A stretch of DNA of 64,000 nt from an uncultured Gemmatimonadales bacterium (GTDB lineage Bacteria > Gemmatimonadota > Gemmatimonadetes > Gemmatimonadales > Gemmatimonadaceae). Below, piece after piece: positions 1-10,090 of this stretch. The stretch's first letter is position 1, and every line of letters begins with the position of its first letter. The notes beneath the pieces were generated by a model. That model worked only from the letters and a program-made list of their open reading frames with translations. It did not search any database and was not told where the DNA came from. The stretch lies in assembly GCA_963851265.1 (NCBI GenBank), contig CAWKNZ010000009.1:1-64000 (forward strand). The letters are read 5' to 3'. Made by a program: the position numbers and the translations under genes.

Positions 1-2266
1 TCAAGCGCTCCCTGCACGTCCCCCGTTAGGCGCGCTATCCACTTGTCGTCCACCACCAGCGCCCGACCTCGTCCTCGCTGAGCGTCGGGTACTTCTCGTA
101 TGCCAGCCGGTCGAGCGCCGCTTCCTGCTCCCTCACCGCGCGCTTGAGCGTCGCCTCGCTCTCGGACAGCTCCAACCACCGCCGCAGCACGTCGGCCTCC
201 TCGCGCGCGTCCCGGTCGCCGCGCACCTCGCGGAGCCGCGCGCTGACCTCGGCCTTCGCCACCCGGTCGAGCGCGCCGAGGTAACCCTCCTCGCCGCCGT
301 GTTCCTCTTTCAGCTCGGCCAGGCGCGCCGTCGCCGCTTCAAGCTCGGCTTGCGTCGCGTCGAGCGCAGCCTGCTGCCTCGCAAAGTAGCGCGCGACGAC
401 GAACGGCTTCGGCACCAGATCGCAGGCCCAGCCCCTGTCACGCTTGCCCCCTTCTTGTCGTTCTCCTCGATGCGCGGCGGCGCGCCACCCAGCCGTCGGC
501 GCGATCAGATACACGTCGTCCTGCATCGTCTCGGCCCAGTAGTCCATCAGGTGCTGGTAGACGTCGTAGGCGTCGAGCAGCGGCGCCGCCGCGGAAGGCG
601 GCGAGCAGGCTCTCGGCGAGCGTCTCGATCAGCGCCTTGGGGTGGCCGCCCGGCGAAGCCCTTGAGCCGCGGCGTTGACGCCGCCTGCCACGCGTCGAAG
701 AGCGCGGTCACCGCTGCGTTGAACGCGGTGAACTCGGCGTGGCCGAAGATCGCGGCCTTGACCTCGGCCGCGGGCGACCTCGAGGCGCGCGTAGCCGGGG
801 CGGCCCGCGCGCTCGAACAGGGCGGCGCGCACGCCGGGAAGCACCTCCCAGTAGCGGCCGAGCGCGTCGAGGTCGCGGTCCGGGATGCCGCCGCGCAGGT
901 GGGCGTCGATGTCCTGCAGGTCCTCGGGCTCGGTGCTGTCGATGTAGCGCGGCAGGTTGAGGTTGTAGTCGTTCTTCGGGTCGGCGATCTCGGCGAGCGG
1001 CACCATGCGCGAGTAGCGCGGGACGTCGACCTGCCGGGTGAAGGTGTCGACGATCCGGTGGATGTCCTGCTCGCGCAGGCGGTTCTTGTTGCCGTCCTTG
1101 ATGAAGCCCTTGCGAGGCGTCGATCATGAAGATGCCCTTGCGGGCAGCGGCGTTTTCCTTGTCGAGCACGACGATGCAGGCCGGGATGCCGGTGCCGTAG
1201 AAGAGGTTGGCGGGCAGGCCGATGATGCCCTTGATGATAGCCCGTGCTGGACGAGCTGCCGGCGGATGTCCGCCTCGGCGTTGCCGCGGAACAGCACGCC
1301 GTGCGGCAGGATGCACGCGCCTTTGCCGGTGCTCTTCAGCGAGCGGAGGATGTGCAGCAGGAAGGCGTAGTCGCCGTTCTTGCGCCGGCGGCACGCCGTA
1401 CGCGAAGCGCTGGTACGGGTCGCTTCGCGGGGTCGAGGCCGTTGCTCCACGCCTTGTCCGAGAACGGCGGATTGGCGACCACGAAGTCGAACGTCTTGAG
1501 CGTGCTCGCCGTCGGTGAACTTGGGCTCGGCGAGCGTGTTGCCCTGCAGATCTCGGCCGTCGGGAAGTCGTGCAGGATCATGTTCATCCGGGCGAGCGCG
1601 GCCGTGGCGTTGTCCTTCTCCTGGCCGTAGAGCGTGATCGTGCTTGCCCGGCCTCGTCGGCGACCTTGAGCAGCAGCGAGCCGGAGCCGCAGGTCGGGTC
1701 GTAGATGGTGTGCGGCTGCGGCGTTGCGCGGCGCGATGCCGATCACTCGCCATGACGCGGCAGACCTCGGCCGGCGTGTAGAACTGCCCCTTGCTCTTGC
1801 CGGACTCGGTGGCGAAGTGCCGCATCAGGTACTCGTAGGCGTCGCCGAGGAGGTCGTCGCCCTCGGCGCGGTTGCTGCGGAAGTCCAGCGCCGGGTTTCG
1901 AAGATCGCGACCAGGTTGGTGAGCCGGTCCGACCATCTCCTTGCCCTTGCCGAGCTTGTCTGGGATCGTTGAAGTCGGCGACGTCGATCGCGGCGAGGCC
2001 GTTGGCCTCGGCGAGCGGCCGATGATTCTTGTTGATCTGGTCGCCGATCTCCTCGTTGCCCTTGAGCGCGACCATGTCGGTGAAGCTCCGCCCTCGGGGA
2101 ACGATCGAGCGGCGCGAAGTCGTCCTGTCCGGCGTACTTGTCGGAGACGTACTTCACGAACAGCAGAACGAGGACGTAGTCCTTGTACTGGCTGGCGTCC
2201 ATGCCGCCGCGCAGCTCGTCGCAGCCTCCAGAGGGAGCTGTAGAGGTCGGATTTCTTCAGGGCCAC
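1..2266 (-). pseudogene. hsdM: Type I restriction-modification methyltransferase subunit M, split by many frameshifts; continues off the left edge
   Basis: Pieces in different frames rebuild HsdM: MALKKSDLYSSLW, MDASQYKDYVLVLLFVKY, LLGDAYEYLMRHFATESGKSKGQFYTP, LYGQEKD, VVANPPFSDK, ILPHGVLFRG, IIGLPANLFYGTGIPACI, YNLNLPRYID, MDYWAETMQDDVY. Confidence 0.9.
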
Positions 2267-2633
2267 GAATCAGCTCACAGGGGTGTCGGACATCGCGCCT
2301 GGCGGCGCCTCGACGTGGGTACGGTGTTGGCTTCGACGCAGCAGTTACGGACAGCGCGTGCCGTCGAACGTAGAGCGCGAGCCATTGGCGGTCGAGTCGG
2401 TGCCCTAACGGTTCCCGGCCTGAGCACGCATCCGCGCGGAGGACACGAATGAGTCGTGCGGGCGTCGGCCGGCATGCGCTCGACGGTTCCCCCGTGGGCA
2501 GCCCCGTCGGGTGCACCGCGACGGCCGGGTGCGCGTCCTGCTACACCGATGCGGCCACGAACGTCACGTCCCCGCGGGGCTCGCGGTCAGCATGCGGACT
2601 GCCGCGCGCCCGCTGACCCGCTGTCACCGAGCG

Positions 2634-3941
2634 TTAGCGCACCTTCACCATAGACATAAGCCCCTCGTTCATCATTCCTGCAAATACCGACATCTTGATG
2701 TCCTCGCTGCTGATGCTCGGAACACCAACGAGTAGCGAGCGCATCCGAGCTGTCGTCGGCACCTTCGGCCGCGCGATCGGTTCGACGCCCACGAACGATC
2801 CCGGTTTCGGCGACATGCGCGCGCCGAGCGCAGCGAGACACGCGCTGGGGTCGAGTCGGGCGAAGTTGAGGTCATGAAACTGGTTGCATGTCACGGCCGC
2901 CGAGCTAACAACGATGTCAGCTACGTTACCTGTCCGGGGATCGGTCGCGCTCGTCGTGCCGTTTACGACGACGCTTTCCAGTAACCCCCAAGCATCCGCT
3001 TCGAACAATGTGTGAATGATGCGCAGTACCAACGAGGGCAGCATTACGTCGTAGAGGTCGACGGCCGCCTCTGGGGTCTTTGGCACCGGCTTGCAGATGC
3101 GCTTCGCCTGCGCGTCTGTCCCGACGTACTCGAACCCGCCGATGGGCTGCATGGAGCCGTGCACGGGCGGAACGACTTCCAATAGAAGCTGCCGCCGGTC
3201 AGAGACGTATTCGGCCGTGACTTCGCGCCGATTCCAGTTCAGGTGCGCGATTCTCAAGTCATGGAGAACAGTCGAGAAGTACAGTGTGATCGCGTCCGCA
3301 TCGCCCTGCTCCACTGCAGCCTGCCACTCGTCGACCGACGTGTTATGGCGATCTATTTCGGTCTGCTGTTGCTGGACCCGGGCTTCGGAGGAGCGTCGCT
3401 CCTCGTCTGCCTGACGGGCGACGGTATGCCACTCTTCGATGGCCAGTGCCCACTCCGCACGCGCCTGAGCGAACCGTTGGTCGTCTGCCGCCGCCGCTTC
3501 GGCGACGCGCCGGTCATGACGGGCCTGAGCACCGAAGGCGGAAATGCGCGGCGGAGCCACCTGCGTGACGAACGTGACGCGCCGGGGCTCGGGTGGTGGC
3601 CCACTGATCGCAGCAGGGGCCGAAGTCGGCAGTATGGAGTTGGTGCGTCGGGCGCGGTCGAACACTGTGAGGCCGCCCGAAACGTCCGACGAGCCCTCGG
3701 TGTGTAAGCGGCCGTAGATCTCGTCGAACCGTCTAACTCCCTTCGCTCCACCAGCCGCCTGCGCTCGTCCTAGCATGTCCAGGGTTAGCTGCCTTCCCCC
3801 GTCCATCGCTTCCAGGGCAGCCATCCGCTCCGCCACCTTCATCTCTTCATCTACGTACTGGCTAAGCAATCTGGCGGTCGGGTTTTGCTGTATCGCCTTC
3901 AGATGTATCGTGTTCAGCACTTCCAGGGGTGATTTACTCAC
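2634..3941 (-). CDS. Protein resembling the N-terminal/central part of Mrr-associated 'restriction system' proteins; no nuclease domain visible
   Basis: Coiled-coil segment, then LRIIHTLFEAD..ESVVVNG..DPRTG..F..LNFARLDPSACL..LGARMSPKP..VEPI. Sequence is visibly more AT-rich than its flanks. Start uncertain (GTG 3941 or ATG 3843). Confidence 0.5.
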   Translation of the reverse strand: MSKSPLEVLNTIHLKAIQQNPTARLLSQYVDEEMKVAERMAALEAMDGGRQLTLDMLGRAQAAGGAKGVRRFDEIYGRLHTEGSSDVSGGLTVFDRARRTNSILPTSAPAAISGPPPEPRRVTFVTQVAPPRISAFGAQARHDRRVAEAAAADDQRFAQARAEWALAIEEWHTVARQADEERRSSEARVQQQQTEIDRHNTSVDEWQAAVEQGDADAITLYFSTVLHDLRIAHLNWNRREVTAEYVSDRRQLLLEVVPPVHGSMQPIGGFEYVGTDAQAKRICKPVPKTPEAAVDLYDVMLPSLVLRIIHTLFEADAWGLLESVVVNGTTSATDPRTGNVADIVVSSAAVTCNQFHDLNFARLDPSACLAALGARMSPKPGSFVGVEPIARPKVPTTARMRSLLVGVPSISSEDIKMSVFAGMMNEGLMSMVKVR

Positions 3942-4039
3942 GGCGCGACAAGTCCGACGATTCGAGTGTAAGAGATTGTGACTGACGAAAACACACCGAA
4001 CGATAGGTGCGGTCGAGATGCGGATGAAGACGGGGTGGA

Positions 4040-4190
4040 ACTTCCACGGGCCACCGTGACGCTTCTGCGGTGGCCGCTGCGCGATGAGGTTACGGCCGCC
4101 CGGCTCAATCACGGCCGCGACCACGCGCGTTACAACGGCGGTGTCCGCACCATCACGTTGCGGGGTCGGCTCGCTTCGGACGTCATTCAC
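4040..4190 (-). pseudogene. N-terminal stub of a MutT-like NUDIX hydrolase
   Basis: VVAAVIEPGGRNLIAQRPPQKRHGGPWKF matches the NUDIX N-terminus but breaks where the PGGK/Nudix box should begin. Confidence 0.6.
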
Positions 4191-4273
4191 TGTCCGCGCT
4201 CAGCTGAATTGCGGTCGACCACTACGTGGAACAGCGGGCGATGTTCAGAGCGTTGCCGCGATCGTCGAGCACC

Positions 4274-4313
4274 GGAGTGGTAGCCACATCGGCCCGAAAA
4301 GCTCCGGTAGGTG
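4274..4313 (+). repeat. Terminal inverted repeat at the tnpA 3' end
   Basis: GGAGTGGTAGCCACATCGGCCCGAAAAGCTCCGGTAGGTG; 32/40 match to the reverse complement of 8484-8523. Confidence 0.8.
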
Positions 4314-4340
4314 GGCGGGCCGGCAGGGGCTCGGGGCGAG

Positions 4341-7300
4341 TTAGGCGCGGGTCATGCGCGCGAGGTCGAAGTGGTAGCGGCCGAACGGGTTGATGTGCGC
4401 CCGGCCGAGCGGGGAGAGCCGCTGCAGGTCGGCGTCGGCGATCGCGGTGCCCTCGGCACGCGCGCCCTCGACGAGCTCGGCGAGCTGCGCCGTGTTCCAC
4501 GCGACGACCGCGTTGTGGAGGACGGCGAGGCAGCTGAACGTGTGGAGCTGGTCCTCGAACTCGCGGCCGCGGAGCGCGCCGCCCTTGCCGAAGCACAGAA
4601 AGCGCGACAGCTCGTGGGACGCCTCGCCCTTGTTGAGCTCCCGCCCGACGCGGCGGCGCAGGGCCTCGTCGTCGAGGTAGCGCAGGAGGAACGCCGTCTT
4701 GTAGGCGCGCCCGAGTTCCGCGAGGGCCTGGTGCACGCGGCTCTGCCGCGCGTACGACCCGAGCCGGTTCAGGACGAGCGACGGGGAGACGACCCGCGTG
4801 TGCAGGGAGGCGATCACGCGCACGACGTCGTCCCACGCGGGGCGGACGAGGTGCGGGCGGATGGTGCCGGTGAGCAGTGGCGCGAGGTGCGGGTAATGCG
4901 CGCGGCGGTCGACGCCCGGGAAGGTGTAGAGCGTCTGATCCTGGATGTCGCGGAGGCGCGGTGCGAGCTCGATGCCTAACAGCTGCGCGGTCGCCATCAC
5001 CACCTCGGTGTACCCGTGCGTGTCGGTGTAGCACGTGGCGGGGTCGAGCTCCGTCTCGTGCTCGAGGAGGCCGTCGAGGACAAACGTCGCCTCGCGCAGC
5101 CGGCACGGGATGGCCTGGTGATGGAGCTGCAGGTAGTTGTCGGCGGTGTGCGCCAGGAGCGTCACGCCGCGCGCCTGGAGGAGCGGGCTGTAGTCGGCGG
5201 CCAGCACGTTGATCGGCACATGGAAGCGCATGCCGCCGGCGGAACACGTCGCCCCGCTGACCCCAGAGCTGCGTGAGCGGCAGCCGGGCGGCGTAGTTCA
5301 CCAGGTCGACGCTCGCGGCCTTGAGCGCGTCCTCGCTGAAGTACCAGTCGGCGATCCGGCTGATGTCGCGCGCCGTGACGCCCGGCGAGGCGGCCGCCAT
5401 ACGCTGCGGCCCGAGATTACAGCCGACGGCGATCAGGGCGGCGAGGACGTTGCGGCGGTGCACGCCCGCGGGGATCCGTGCGGCCCCCCCGCCCTGGCGC
5501 CCGTGCGCGTCCCCGAAGTGGCGGAGGCAGTCGGTCGCGTTGTCGACGTCGATCAGGAGGTCGCCCAAGTCGGTGCGCGGGAGGCGGTCGTCGATCAGCT
5601 GCGTGAGCGCGACGGCGGTCTCGGACTCCGCCAACGCGGGCAGCGGGGTCAGCACGAATGTGCCCTGAGCCGCGTCGATCGTCAGCCCCGCGTTGGTCGG
5701 CACGCGCGCGTCGACCGCCGCGGTCACGGCCGCGAGGTGCGCGCCGAGGGCGGTGAGGAACACATCCGGGTCGAGCGGAAGCCCCAACGCCGCATAGTGG
5801 CGCTCGCGGTCGCGCGCCCAGGCGTCGGCGGGAATGAGGTAGTCGTCGAAGTGCGTCCAGCGCCGCGAGTGGGCGACCGTGACGTCGCCCGCCTTGATCC
5901 GCTCGTTCAGCGTGGACAGGAGCGCGAGCTCGTAATGGGGGCGCGAAATCGTCGGCGCGCCCGCGGCCGTTTCGCCGAGGACGTACGGCGTCCACCGCGG
6001 GGCGAGGAAGTCGGTCGGCGCATCCGCCGCGAGCTTGCGACCGCCGGCGCGGTTGACGCCCGCGACGTACGCGACCGCCGCGCCGAGGGCGGGGTCGCGT
6101 GCGAACTCGAACGGCGTGACGGCCAGCAGGGCGGGCGCATACTGCCGGGTGTAGCCCCACCAGGGGGCGAGAAAGCCGAGCGGCGAGCCGTCGTCGCCGG
6201 CGCGCAGGGCGCGGCACCCCGCGACCAGCTCCGTCAACTCGGCGCTCGGCCACGCGGCGAAGATGTGCCGGCGCAGGTCGGCGTCGGGAATCGCGTCGTC
6301 GATGACCAGCGTGCCGAGCCCCTCGAGCACCTCCACGGCGCGGGTACGGGCGCGCTCGGTGGCGTGCAGCAGCGCTTCGCGCCGCCGCCGCGCGTGGTGG
6401 TGCACGCGCGTGATGAGCTTGTCCTGCATCTCGATGATCGCGTCGGTCGTCTCGGCCAGGGCAGTATGGAGGAAGGCGAGCACGAGGCTGTAGCGCTTGG
6501 GCGGGGCGAAGCGCCGGAGCGACCACACGTCGTACCGGGCGCCCCCCGCCGCGAGCACGGCACGCATCGCGGGCGGGACGGCGGCGAAGGCCGGAAGCGG
6601 CACCACGCCGAGCGCGCGGAGGTCGGTCAGCCGCGTCAGCAGGGCGAGGAGGGCGGCCGGGGACTCGCGGCGCGGGAGCGTCTTGAACAGCTCCAGTCGC
6701 GAGCGTGGCGCGGCCGCGGCACGCTCCGCGCCACGCTCCGGAGCGTCCTCCGCGGGATCACGCGCCGCCGCGCGGCCGTCCGGCGCGTCCAGCGGATCTC
6801 CTAACGGAGCAGGCGACGCCGCAGCAGGCGTCGCGGCCGGGGACGGCGTGGGCGGCGCGTCCGCCGCGACGTGGAGCAGGGCGTCGAGGCAGGCGCACTG
6901 CGGCGCGCTCAACGCGTCGGTGAGCGTCGTGTACAGGTGCTGGAGCGCGGCCTCCTTCGCTGGGGCGACCAGGTCGCGCAGGGTCGTCCGGCCCGGGCGC
7001 ACGATGCGCTGCTCGCGGCACCAGCGGCAGGCGAGCGTGGTGAGGGTGGTCGTCCGCGGGACGGACGCCGCCTGCGTGCACAGGTAGTCGAACAGGCGCT
7101 GCCGGGCGGGGGCGTCGCACTTGACGAAGCCGGCGTACACGCGGATGCGCTCCGCGTGCGCCCACCGCGTCTTCTCGTCGCGCGGCGGATCGGGGCTGGT
7201 GATCGCCAACAGCCCGAGCTGCGCGGCCAGCACTTCCACGACAGGTCCGGGCAGCGCGCGGGGGTCGGGATGGAAGTGTCCCTGCCAGCGCAGCCAGCAG

Positions 7301-7566
7301 AGCTGTACGGCGAAGCCCAGCTGGTGCGCGGCCCCCCGACACTGGCCGACCTCGACCAGGTCGGCATCGCTGAGCGTGAAGTAGGTGCGCAGCGTGTCGG
7401 CCGTGTAGGACTCGGCGTACGCGGATTCGCGCGCGGCCGCGCGCGGCAGGGCGTCTGCCCCCTCCGACGCATCATCCGACGCGTGCAGCCACACGGCGGG
7501 GCGAGCGTCCGGATCGCCGGGACGCGGCGCGGTGCCCGACGGTCGGGGCCCTCGACGCGGCGGCAT
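4341..7566 (-). pseudogene. tnpA: Tn3-family transposase with a frameshift near 5260 and the first catalytic Asp replaced by Gly
   Basis: N-terminal YFTLSDADL..LGFAVQLCWLRWQG, YELALL, SRRW, GCNLG. C-terminal frame has TDTHGY, PRLRD, LGRAYKT.FLLRYL, LNKGE, NAVVAWNT, HINPFGRY. The expected S-x-D-G motif reads SAGG. Confidence 0.9.
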
Positions 7567-7604
7567 GGGCGCGCTCCGGGTGCTCGCCGCGTCTCCGGGG
7601 GCGT

Positions 7605-8345
7605 CTACGCGAGGCCCGCGCCGGGACCGCCTAACGCACGCACGTAGTTGTCCCCCAGCGCCCGCACGCTCGTCTCGGCGTAGATCTGCGTCGTCGCGAG
7701 CTGCAGGTGCCCGAGGAACTTCTGCACCTGGTCGAGCGGCACGTGGCCGGAGTCGAGCAGGAGCGTGGCGATCGAGTGCCGCAGCAGGTGCGGGTAGACG
7801 CGCTTGCTGATCCCCGCGGCGCGGGCGCACGCGGCGACCCGCGCCTGCACGGCACGCACCGAGTAGCGCGTGTGCCGGTTGCTCTCGAACAGGTATCCGG
7901 TGCGCCGCCCGCGGAGGTGCGTGCGCAGCTCCTGGGCGAGGCTCGGGAGCATCGGCACGTAGCGATCGCTGCCGCCCTTGGCGTGCGTGACGTGTAGTTG
8001 CGGCGGGTCCGCGTCCAGCCGGAGGTCCTCGACCTGCACGTGCACGAACTCCGCGACCCGCATGCCCGTGAAGAAGAGCGTCTTGAGCATCAGGCCGTAG
8101 GTGCTCCGCGCCTGGTAGCTCGCCCGGATGAGGCGCTCGACTTCGGCCCGGTCGAGCCGCTCGACGGTGCCTCGGCGCTGGCGCGGGGGCGCCAGCGTGA
8201 GGAGGCGCCGCGCGCGCTCGACCACGGCTTTCGTCTGGTCGTAATCGAGGTGGTGCGTGCGCCAGAGCTTCGCGGTCGCGTGCGCGACGTCGGCGAGCGC
8301 GGCCTGCCCCGGTGCAACGTGCGTCTTCGACGGATGACCACGCAT
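7605..8345 (-). CDS. Tyrosine recombinase (XerC/D-like; probable TnpI-type resolvase)
   Basis: Complete catalytic set: TGMR, AKGG, YPHLLRH, LGH, TTQIY. ATG at 8345. Confidence 0.9.
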   Translation of the reverse strand: MRGHPSKTHVAPGQAALADVAHATAKLWRTHHLDYDQTKAVVERARRLLTLAPPRQRRGTVERLDRAEVERLIRASYQARSTYGLMLKTLFFTGMRVAEFVHVQVEDLRLDADPPQLHVTHAKGGSDRYVPMLPSLAQELRTHLRGRRTGYLFESNRHTRYSVRAVQARVAACARAAGISKRVYPHLLRHSIATLLLDSGHVPLDQVQKFLGHLQLATTQIYAETSVRALGDNYVRALGGPGAGLA

Positions 8346-8411
8346 AACGCACCGGGCTGGGGGCGATGTCGGACCAGCGCCGGCCAGGACCAGCACGGCC
8401 GACGCAGCGAA

Positions 8412-8439
8412 AGTGCGCAGTATCCGTATTGTGCGCACT
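8412..8439. other. dif-like 11-6-11 recombination core site (putative res site)
   Basis: AGTGCGCAGTA-TCCGTA-TTGTGCGCACT. Inverted arms resemble the XerC arm of E. coli dif (GGTGCGCATAA). Lies between the IR and the recombinase start. Confidence 0.7.
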
Positions 8440-8483
8440 CCGACACTACCCCTCCGCGGCCGCCCCCGCCAGAGGACGCGCCG

Positions 8484-8523
8484 CACCAACCGGAGCTTTC
8501 CGGGAGGATGCGGCTACTTCCCC
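8484..8523 (-). repeat. Terminal inverted repeat at the recombinase end
   Basis: Reverse complement is GGGGAAGTAGCCGCATCCTCCCGGAAAGCTCCGGTTGGTG, starting with the Tn3-typical GGGG. Confidence 0.8.
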
Positions 8524-9350
8524 TGATAGCGATCGATGAAGTGCTGGAGCTGGTCGCTCCAGAGCGACTGCTGCACCGCGTGGCGCAGCGTGTCGGGCGC
8601 ACCGCATACACGGCGGCCGCCGCGCCGTCACCGTGGATCGCGGCGAGACGGCTGATCGCACGCGCGTTCGCGTACATGTAGCTGTTGATCGATGGGCGGA
8701 ACGCCTGGCCGCCCGTGAAGCCGTCGCGGCCACCGCTCGCGTCGATCGAGCTGATCGTGTACTCGGTCGCGTCCAGGAGTGGTTCGATCCAGTAGAGCTT
8801 CTTCGTGACGTCGTAGTGATCGTCCCAGAGGTTGTAGACGTGCTGCATGGCGTCCAGGTGCTTCACCGCGAACGCGCGGTCACCGTCGACGAGGAAGCGC
8901 GCATACGCGGCGTCTGCGATGGCCTCGCTGAAGTGACGGTCGTTGCCGCCACCCGCGTACATGAAGTCGAGGTAGTCGTTCACGTACCGCCGGTCACGCA
9001 GCCAGCGGCCCTCGTAGATGTGGAACGCGGTCGCGTCGTTGAGACTCGCGTAGGCGTGGCGCTGCCACGACACGTCATCGAGGAACTCGGTGACGATGTA
9101 GCCGCGCGCGCCGAGGTCGCGCAGGTGCGCGCGGAAGAGCTGCCAGCGGTAGTAGTAGATCTGGTCGAGGGTCGAGTCGCTGGACTCGAAGAACGGGATG
9201 TTGCCCACGTACCAGGGCGCATCGCCGCCGAAGCGGTCGCGCCCGATGCGAGGCTCGTCGAGCAACGCCGGGACCGGCGCCGCCACGCGTGGTCGCTGAG
9301 CCGGCGCGGCGGTGGCGCAGGCAGCCGGCAGCGCGAGTGCCGCGCCGGCT
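8524..9350 (-). pseudogene. (alpha/alpha)6 glycoside hydrolase (GH63/MGH1-like), truncated by the transposon
   Basis: NIPFFESSD..IYYYRW..ITEFL-like motif, HIYEGRWLRD, DATEYTISS, FRPSINSYMYANA. Frameshift near 8600; the shifted frame (QQSLWSDQLQHFIDRYQ) ends at the IR. Confidence 0.7.
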
Positions 9351-9652
9351 GCAAGCCGGCGCCAACGGGCGCCGGGCGCGCCGGTGCGACTCCGGCTCGA
9401 GTGAATCGGTGCGATCGAGGTATCCCGCGCTCAGGTTCGTGAGGCCGCCGATCGTCGCAACCACCGCGCCATCTGGAGGGCGCATCGGATCCGCGTCCCG
9501 CGTGCTGCGCGACCGGGTGGTGTGGATCCCCGCGCCTACGGATTCGTCCGCGCGCCGACTCTCCCCTGCTCCGCCACGTCCGTCGCTGCTGCCCCACCCC
9601 GTATCCGGTCCGAACCGCCGCCGCCGAGACGAGCCACCTCGCGCTCCCGACG

Positions 9653-9780
9653 GTGACCGCCCTGTTCTTCGCGTGGGGCTTTCTCACGTCGCTCAACGAC
9701 ATCCTCGTGCCGCACCTGCGCGGCGTGTTCGCGCTGAGCTACGCGCAGGCCGCGCTCGTGCAGTTCACCTCCTCCGGGGC
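9653..9780 (+). pseudogene. Fragment of a FucP/GluP-type MFS sugar permease
   Basis: LFFAWGFLTSLNDILVPHLRGVFALSYAQAALVQF is the FucP-family first helices; similarity then stops. Confidence 0.75.
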
Positions 9781-10090
9781 CTTCGAGAGGTGGTTGCCTA
9801 ACGTCCGACAAGCGACCGTTGTAGAACGTCCGTCGCGCGTCGGCGTGTCAGCGACCGCCGCCACACGCGCGTGACCCGAGCTCGACGGCCGCGAGCTGCC
9901 GGCTCACCGCTGCCGGGTGTGCAACACCAGGCACGTGCGCGCTGTACGACCCCGGCGGTGCTCTGCGCAACCTACGCGGCCCCGCCGTCGACCGGCGGAC
10001 GTAACCGCGCGGCTCATCACCCCCGGCTCGACGAACGCCGTGGGTGACCGCTGCTGCGAGGACAGCAGGCGCCAGGAACGCTCCGCCTCG

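Larger units (their letters stand above)
4274..8523 (-). mobile_element. Tn3-family transposon (about 4.25 kb) carrying a tyrosine recombinase and tnpA (Tn4430-like layout)
   Basis: Bounded by 40-bp imperfect inverted repeats (32/40 identical). Contains a dif-like site, a tyrosine recombinase and a Tn3 transposase, with both genes co-oriented. No 5-bp target duplication (GCACC vs TGATA). Confidence 0.85.

Noticed and set aside
4222..8352. 1376-aa ORF as a recombinase-transposase fusion
   Set aside because: Its first ~260 aa are an alternative frame over the recombinase and its tail is off-frame after the tnpA frameshift. Only 7566 to about 5260 is real TnpA.
8412..8439. Chromosomal dif site
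   Set aside because: No XerD-type arm (TTATGTTAAAT-like); both arms are XerC-like, and the site lies inside the transposon IRs next to its own recombinase.
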